A stretch of DNA of 64,000 nucleotides from Podarcis gaigeae. Lineage: Eukaryota. Position numbers and translations under genes: made by a program. Below, piece after piece: positions 60,601 to 64,000 of this stretch (the stretch's first letter is position 1; each line of letters starts with the position of its first letter). Under the pieces are notes generated by a model. It ran no database searches, was not told the DNA's origin, and saw nothing but the letters and a program-made list of their open reading frames with translations. Where the stretch lies: NCBI GenBank assembly GCA_964106915.2, contig OZ066914.1; one strand, 5' to 3'.

Positions 60601-62538
60601 GCTCAGTGGTTTAGACCACAGTGCCACCCGCAGTATAAATACTGACTACTGTTGAATTATTTCACCTAGAACATCGGGCATAAATATTTCCTATGCTTAG
60701 GTGTACTCTGCAACATAATAGTGCATTAGTGGTAGATTTATACTGGACTGACCACACATCATTCTGGTTTACTGCAAGGCTTCTCCACCCTTATTGCATT
60801 ATTGTGTTACAATGCAACAAAAGCAGGGGAACACCCTCTACCCCACCACTGGTAGAAAAAGTTATAGGATTTCATTAGGAAGATGCAGTATATACACTGA
60901 TTGGAAATGAGGCTGTATGTCCGACCCAAAGCATTTGAAGATGCAAACAGTATTAAAGCAAGATTGCGTATAACCACCCAGGTACCATCATGAGTACAAA
61001 TCATTATGAATTCACAACAAGAAGGATGTTTGGAGTCACCCTTACTGTTGGAGCAGCAACAACAGGTTCATTCCTGTTCACATAAACATCACTGTAGTAT
61101 TGTGGGCACCCTTCCTTGTTTGGTCCCTGAGAAGGTGATATTCCATCAGGACAGCACCCATACCTATACCAGGGGAAAAGAATGGAAACCAATATTGGTG
61201 TAATCTGTTCAAACAGATCTGCTGTCTTTGCTGGCAGATTAAATGGATTTAACCAGCTTGTCTTACCTGCTCTGATGGCAAGTGTCAAATGGGCAGCCTT
61301 GGCCAAAAGGACCAGCGGCCACAGTCTGGCCATCTGAACAGCAACCATGAAGGCTCTGGTTGCAGTCTTGAACTTCAGTTGTTGAGGCAACATTTTGATG
61401 GGAATTGAAGTGGCGGGACACTGAGGATCCTAAGTAAGACTCCCATTGAAGGGGCAAGAAATTGGAGTCATGATCTCCATTAGGCTGGACTTGGTGATGA
61501 GTAGTAGAACCAGCTTGGGTTATTCGTTCATTTGCAGAAGCTGAAAAACATAATATCTTATAGCATGTACCCACAGTTACAGGATCACATCTAGAGTTAA
61601 GCCCAGATCTATGGTTATATGTCAGGGCCTCTCATTCTGTCCTAGCAGGACAGGCACTTCAAGTTGTATTCAACTCATAGTTGACCTACTGAAATTAACA
61701 GTCACAGGTCTATTCAGAGTAAAAATAAGTTGACAGTGCCCTTTCATAGAAATTCCTCACAACTGCTTTTTGTTCCTGCATTATGTTAGAGTCTTCCATT
61801 GCCCCTGTACATATGTGTTTGTGTGTCAAGTGTGTGTCTCGGTCAAGTGTCTGTGATTTTCTATGTGCTAAGGGTATGTGACTACTGTCTGGCCCTGTCC
61901 ATTTTGGGGAGAAGTCCAACACACATTTGAAACTGGCCTCAACAACTATCAGTATGCAGGATCAGGCAGCATCCCACCAGGATAATGAACCACAAAAAGC
62001 TTTCCTAACCCAGGGGCCCTCTCAGAATCTGCCCTAGAAATAACACTGAATAAAGCAGAATTCATAAAGCAGTTTCACATTCCTTAAGGAGGGAGGGACG
62101 TGAGGCAAAATTTCAGCGGGACCCACTGCCAGGCATCGGAGATTAGCAAGATGTGTGGTGGTAGAGGAGTGGTTCTGGGCTCCTGGGTTAGGTTTGACTC
62201 CCTATCTCCATGTTTACTACTGCTTTCTTTTCTAAGAGGCATACCATCATTTCAGAGTCAGGAAAATGAAAGACAGACACTGGCTTGGTCCAGGGTCCAT
62301 CCCATTTCCCATCTTTCCCTCAGAGAGCTGTACTCTACATACATATGGGCCACAAAGACTCTTAACTTTTTGTAAAGCTATTCTAAAGGAAGGTACAAAA
62401 ACAACAACATAAACATTGGAGAAAGAAAGCAAAGTTCAGGTAGTTTCAAACCTATGGTGCCGTGGTCAGGATTGTATCGGGTCAGCAAGGTCTGGCGGTT
62501 GACATCATAGCCTGCAGAGTCTTGCATACTGGGAACCT
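44781..62538 (-). CDS. PAPLN: Papilin, 3' partial spliced CDS (13 exons in the window, ~783 aa; TSP1/ADAMTS-like N-terminal exons lie outside the window)
   Basis: Exons join in frame with GT-AG boundaries and give EVPSMQD, GCCxD repeats, a Kunitz domain, 3 Ig domains and C-terminal PLAC (CVDQPHLANCDLIIQAQLCNNEYYSSFCCASC). Convergent with NUMB as in mammals. Confidence 0.96.
45174..45375. mobile_element. Non-autonomous hAT MITE
   Basis: CAGAGATTTCCAAACT...AGTTTGGAAAGCTG inverted termini with internal GACACA repeats. Confidence 0.6.
46441..46616 (-). CDS. PAPLN: PAPLN Ig3 C-half: NGVPVRADGHHVQTSQDGSLFIYNVQSGDEGSYTCNAYSGSNSVSASTELKLIRKRPE
   Basis: ctgctcag|G ... GAAG|gtatgt; DEGSYTC motif. Confidence 0.95.
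46904..47012 (-). CDS. PAPLN: PAPLN Ig3 N-half: (G)ELRITGLLPSLSVSEGETAQLQCVVTGNNVNIRWS(R)
   Basis: ctcctcag|GG ... CAAG|gtaaaa. Confidence 0.93.
47812..48022. mobile_element. Tigger/pogo-like MITE
   Basis: TIRs CAGTGGTACCTTGGTTT / AAACCAAGGTACCACTG with TA TSD. Confidence 0.85.
49590..49717 (-). CDS. PAPLN: PAPLN Ig2 C-half: HRQQSDGALVISRLASEDAGFFTCIASNGRDQDQRRVQIIPR
   Basis: ctttccag|G ... AGAG|gtacta. Confidence 0.94.
50021..50257 (+). mobile_element. L2-type LINE 3' end
   Basis: GTGGCACCCACCCTGTGGAATGCCCTCCC...GTAAGCCGC...GGGCGGGGTACAAATAATAAAA(TTA)n. Confidence 0.65.
50608..50901. mobile_element. GC/CpG-rich interspersed repeat, probable non-autonomous DNA element
   Basis: Abrupt CpG-rich block in a PAPLN intron with CAGG...CCACTG-like ends; boundaries approximate. 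Confidence 0.4.
51378..51515 (-). CDS. PAPLN: PAPLN Ig2 N-half: LKMYKNEPSIVDANIGERVRLPCRVEALPSVTIEWQKDGQPISSP(R)
   Basis: ttttccag|G ... CAAG|gtaagc. Confidence 0.94.
51617..51649. repeat. (AC)n microsatellite
   Basis: Seen directly. Confidence 0.95.
52700..52841 (-). CDS. PAPLN: PAPLN inter-Ig linker exon: (E)IPGSDVSQRAGNQLIHGQNHQHRAFVSGLSTGQSHASPVNLPQATY(R)
   Basis: ctccctag|AA ... ACAG|gtaaag; phases 1/2 bridge the flanking Ig exons exactly. Confidence 0.85.
53950..54074 (-). CDS. PAPLN: PAPLN Ig1 C-half: HTYQSDSSLVISQLRAEDAGTYMCKISNGRVEHRKIVLRIK
   Basis: cctgcag|G ... AAAG|gtgagg; DAGxYxC motif. Confidence 0.94.
54398..54441. repeat. 22-bp exact tandem duplication TAATACTAACAGTAATCTCAGT x2
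   Basis: Seen directly. Confidence 0.9.
54872..55009 (-). CDS. PAPLN: PAPLN Ig1 N-half: VFLDGSESSAVEAGLGQSIRLLCKAGSSRFSRVEWQKDGRPVSSD(R)
   Basis: gtctttcag|G ... ACAG|gtgagc; Ig C...WxKDG motif. Confidence 0.92.
55269..55330 (+). mobile_element. Penelope-like 3' end fragment
   Basis: Near-identical to 28101-28165 (tgctactggaaggaattttt...gcagaccaacacagctacctatctgta); flanking direct repeat ACTGGGG. Confidence 0.7.
55488..55621. mobile_element. Degenerate copy of the palindromic hAT MITE family
   Basis: CCAGATGTTGCTGTACTATAACTCCC...GGGAGTTGAAGTTCAGCAACA core. Confidence 0.6.
56040..56679 (-). CDS. PAPLN: PAPLN Kunitz exon plus long low-complexity linker: YPIGCLLPSAHGPCSDWTTRWYFVHDVGKCNRFWYGGCHGNNNNFASEEECMKTC...PHSLN(R)
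   Basis: BPTI/Kunitz six-Cys pattern with FWYGGC.GN.NNF; cctattag|CT ... ACAG|gtaata; 640 nt. Confidence 0.93.
58347..58527 (+). mobile_element. L2-type LINE/SINE 3' tail
   Basis: GTTAGCCGCCCTGAGCCC...GGGCGGGATATAAATAAAA(TTA)n; similar tails at about 25540-25682 and 59460-59545. Confidence 0.55.
58624..58753 (-). CDS. PAPLN: PAPLN exon: ASRVLSQERPAEECRVSTYGCCYDNVASASGPQGDGCLNRPSQ (alternative in-frame acceptor at 58732)
   Basis: GCCYDNVA motif; donor CAAC|gtaagt. Confidence 0.88.
60252..60630 (-). mobile_element. Sauria SINE, near full length (different subfamily variant)
   Basis: Homologous to the other copies; TSD CAGTATAAA at 60243-60251 and 60631-60639. Confidence 0.9.
61046..61163 (-). 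CDS. PAPLN: PAPLN exon: YGCCPDGISPSQGPNKEGCPQYYSDVYVNRNEPVVAAPT
   Basis: ggtatag|G ... ACA|gtaagg; 118 nt. Confidence 0.92.
61267..61540 (-). CDS. PAPLN: PAPLN exon: (A)SANERITQ...QDCNQSLHGCCSDGQTVAAGPFGQGCPFDTCHQS(R)
   Basis: gtttttcag|CT ... GCAG|gtaaga; papilin Cys-rich repeat. Confidence 0.9.
62452..62538 (-). CDS. PAPLN: PAPLN exon: (E)VPSMQDSAGYDVNRQTLLTRYNPDHGTI
   Basis: ctcattgcag|AG ... ATAG|gtttga; 87 nt; VPSMQD recalled from papilin. Confidence 0.8.
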
Positions 62539-63173
62539 CTGCAATGAGATTAGTATCCATAGGTTAGAAACATTGAACTAAGATCAACATCAACAACTGG
62601 GAATACCTAAAATCATCTGTGTCTTCAGCAACTAGGTGAGCAGGGTAGGGGCAGAGCATAGAGAATTGTTCTAAATTATCCTCTAACCCAAAAAAATCCT
62701 GCTTTCATGGAAATCAGTGAAAGGAAGCTTCAATTATATGTTTTTTAATGTTGTGGTGGGGTGGGGTGGGGGGAATGGAACTTCAAGACATGTGAAAATG
62801 AAGCTGCAAAAAGTCACCTCTGCAGGCTTTCACACCCAGGGCTTGAGATGTGAGATGTTGTTATTATGAGGCAAAAATGCACCAACACAGAAACAGAAAT
62901 GCAAGGAGAAAGGACCTACTTTTATTACACTTTTGAAACAGAGAAGCACCAACTGGATTATTGCTGAGTCTGTATGACTTGACATTGGGGGCAGATTTTA
63001 GGGCAGTTCCAAGATGCTGTTCTGTACTGCTTTATGTGGTACCATAATATTAATTGATTTCAATAAGAAGCAGACTAATAAAGATGTTGAGATTTTTTGG
63101 GGACACACACACAAAGTTGTTGAACTTTTTGAGCTATTTTTAAGGAGGATTGGCAAAAACGACACTGCCAACA

Positions 63174-63240
63174 TGGGTTGCCATACGTCCGGATTTCCCC
63201 TGAAATTTTGCCGGGAGATTACAGGCATATGGCAACCCTA
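63174..63240. mobile_element. Very short hAT (Blackjack-like) MITE
   Basis: GGGTTGCCATA...TATGGCAACCC inverted termini. Confidence 0.55.
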
Positions 63241-63499
63241 ACGGATACCCTAGCACACCCAGACAATAAGCCTCTTGCTTTTCTCATCATTGTTCTGACA
63301 GCTTCCACAGTTTGATTAGGTATATGTAATTTGTAGCCAAAAGAACAGAGACAGTTCACATGCATTGAAGGAAGAAGTTCCCAGGGTCAACCTCTGGCAT
63401 CTCCTTTTTTCTTTTTCTTTTTAAAGAGCAGTTAGCAGGGAAACGGAAAGGCCCGTCTCTTCATCAATAGGTATGAAAAGGCCCGAGAAACCTCTAGAC

Positions 63500-63637
63500 C
63501 AGTGGTTCTCAACCTGTGGGTCCCCAGATGTTGTTGGACTACATCTCCCATCATCCCTGAGCTCTGGCCTTGCTAGCTAGGGGTGATGAGAGTTGTAGTT
63601 CAACAACATCTGGGGACCCACAGGTTGAGAAAGGCTG
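63500..63637. mobile_element. Young palindromic hAT MITE (SPIN-like terminus)
   Basis: CAGTGGTTCTCAACCTGTGGGTCCCCAGATGTTGTT...AACAACATCTGGGGACCCACAGGTTGAGAAAGGCTG; exact TSD CTCTAGAC. Confidence 0.85.
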
Positions 63638-64000
63638 CTCTAGACCTTGTTGCTATCCTGATTACATCTCAGTGATTCCAACATTGAGCAGGGAAGACCC
63701 AATCTGCTGCGGCCAGCTTGGAGGCTCCTAGGCCCTCTTGCACCCCTGATGGCATAATTTAATCCACTGTATAGATCTCTGGAGGGGCCCATACACAGTT
63801 TATTACTGGGTCCTCCCACCGTTGGCTGCAGCTCTGACCATCTTTGGCTCAGGCCCCCAACTGATTTCTCCCATGGGTCAACGGGCCTTTGTTTAACAAA
63901 GAGAAGACGTTGCCCACCCACGGTTTAGGAGCAGCAAAAGAAAACAACACCCAATGCTGAATCTGTTACGTAAAGGTGGTGGTACTATGCATTCTAACAG

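Noticed and set aside
1-64000. Most ORFs in the six-frame track
   Set aside because: Short, without recognisable domains, in introns or repeats. Only those overlapping the NUMB and PAPLN exons are real, and their starts and ends are not the exon boundaries.

Overview
Eukaryotic (vertebrate) genomic DNA. The Sauria-type SINEs and other squamate repeats indicate a lizard, probably a lacertid; this is inferred from repeat content. The window holds two convergent spliced genes in the arrangement known from mammals. (1) NUMB is on the + strand with its complete CDS in 10 exons (12518-38623; 1974 nt, 657 aa), including the 33-nt PTB-insert and 156-nt PRR-insert alternative exons, and a 3'UTR to about 39900. 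(2) The 3' part of PAPLN (papilin) is on the - strand: 13 exons, 62538 to 44781, encoding Cys-rich repeats, a Kunitz domain, three Ig domains and PLAC; its 5' exons lie beyond the window. Exon boundaries were read by hand and give continuous reading frames with GT-AG introns. Most of the supplied ORF track is intronic noise. Introns contain Sauria SINEs, hAT and Tc1/mariner MITEs, LINE fragments, non-autonomous RTE-like elements, a 5S-derived SINE, and three Penelope-like fragments. One Penelope-like insert is a ~78-bp hairpin carrying an intact minimal hammerhead ribozyme motif antisense to NUMB. The most notable candidates are that insert, a possible 3-nt CAG microexon in the NUMB PTB domain, inverted-repeat pairs bracketing NUMB exons, and a His/Gly/Gln-rich linker in papilin. 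There is a 297-N assembly gap at 31696-31992. No prokaryotic systems or CRISPR arrays were seen. Comparisons to human proteins and repeat consensuses are from recall, not from searches.
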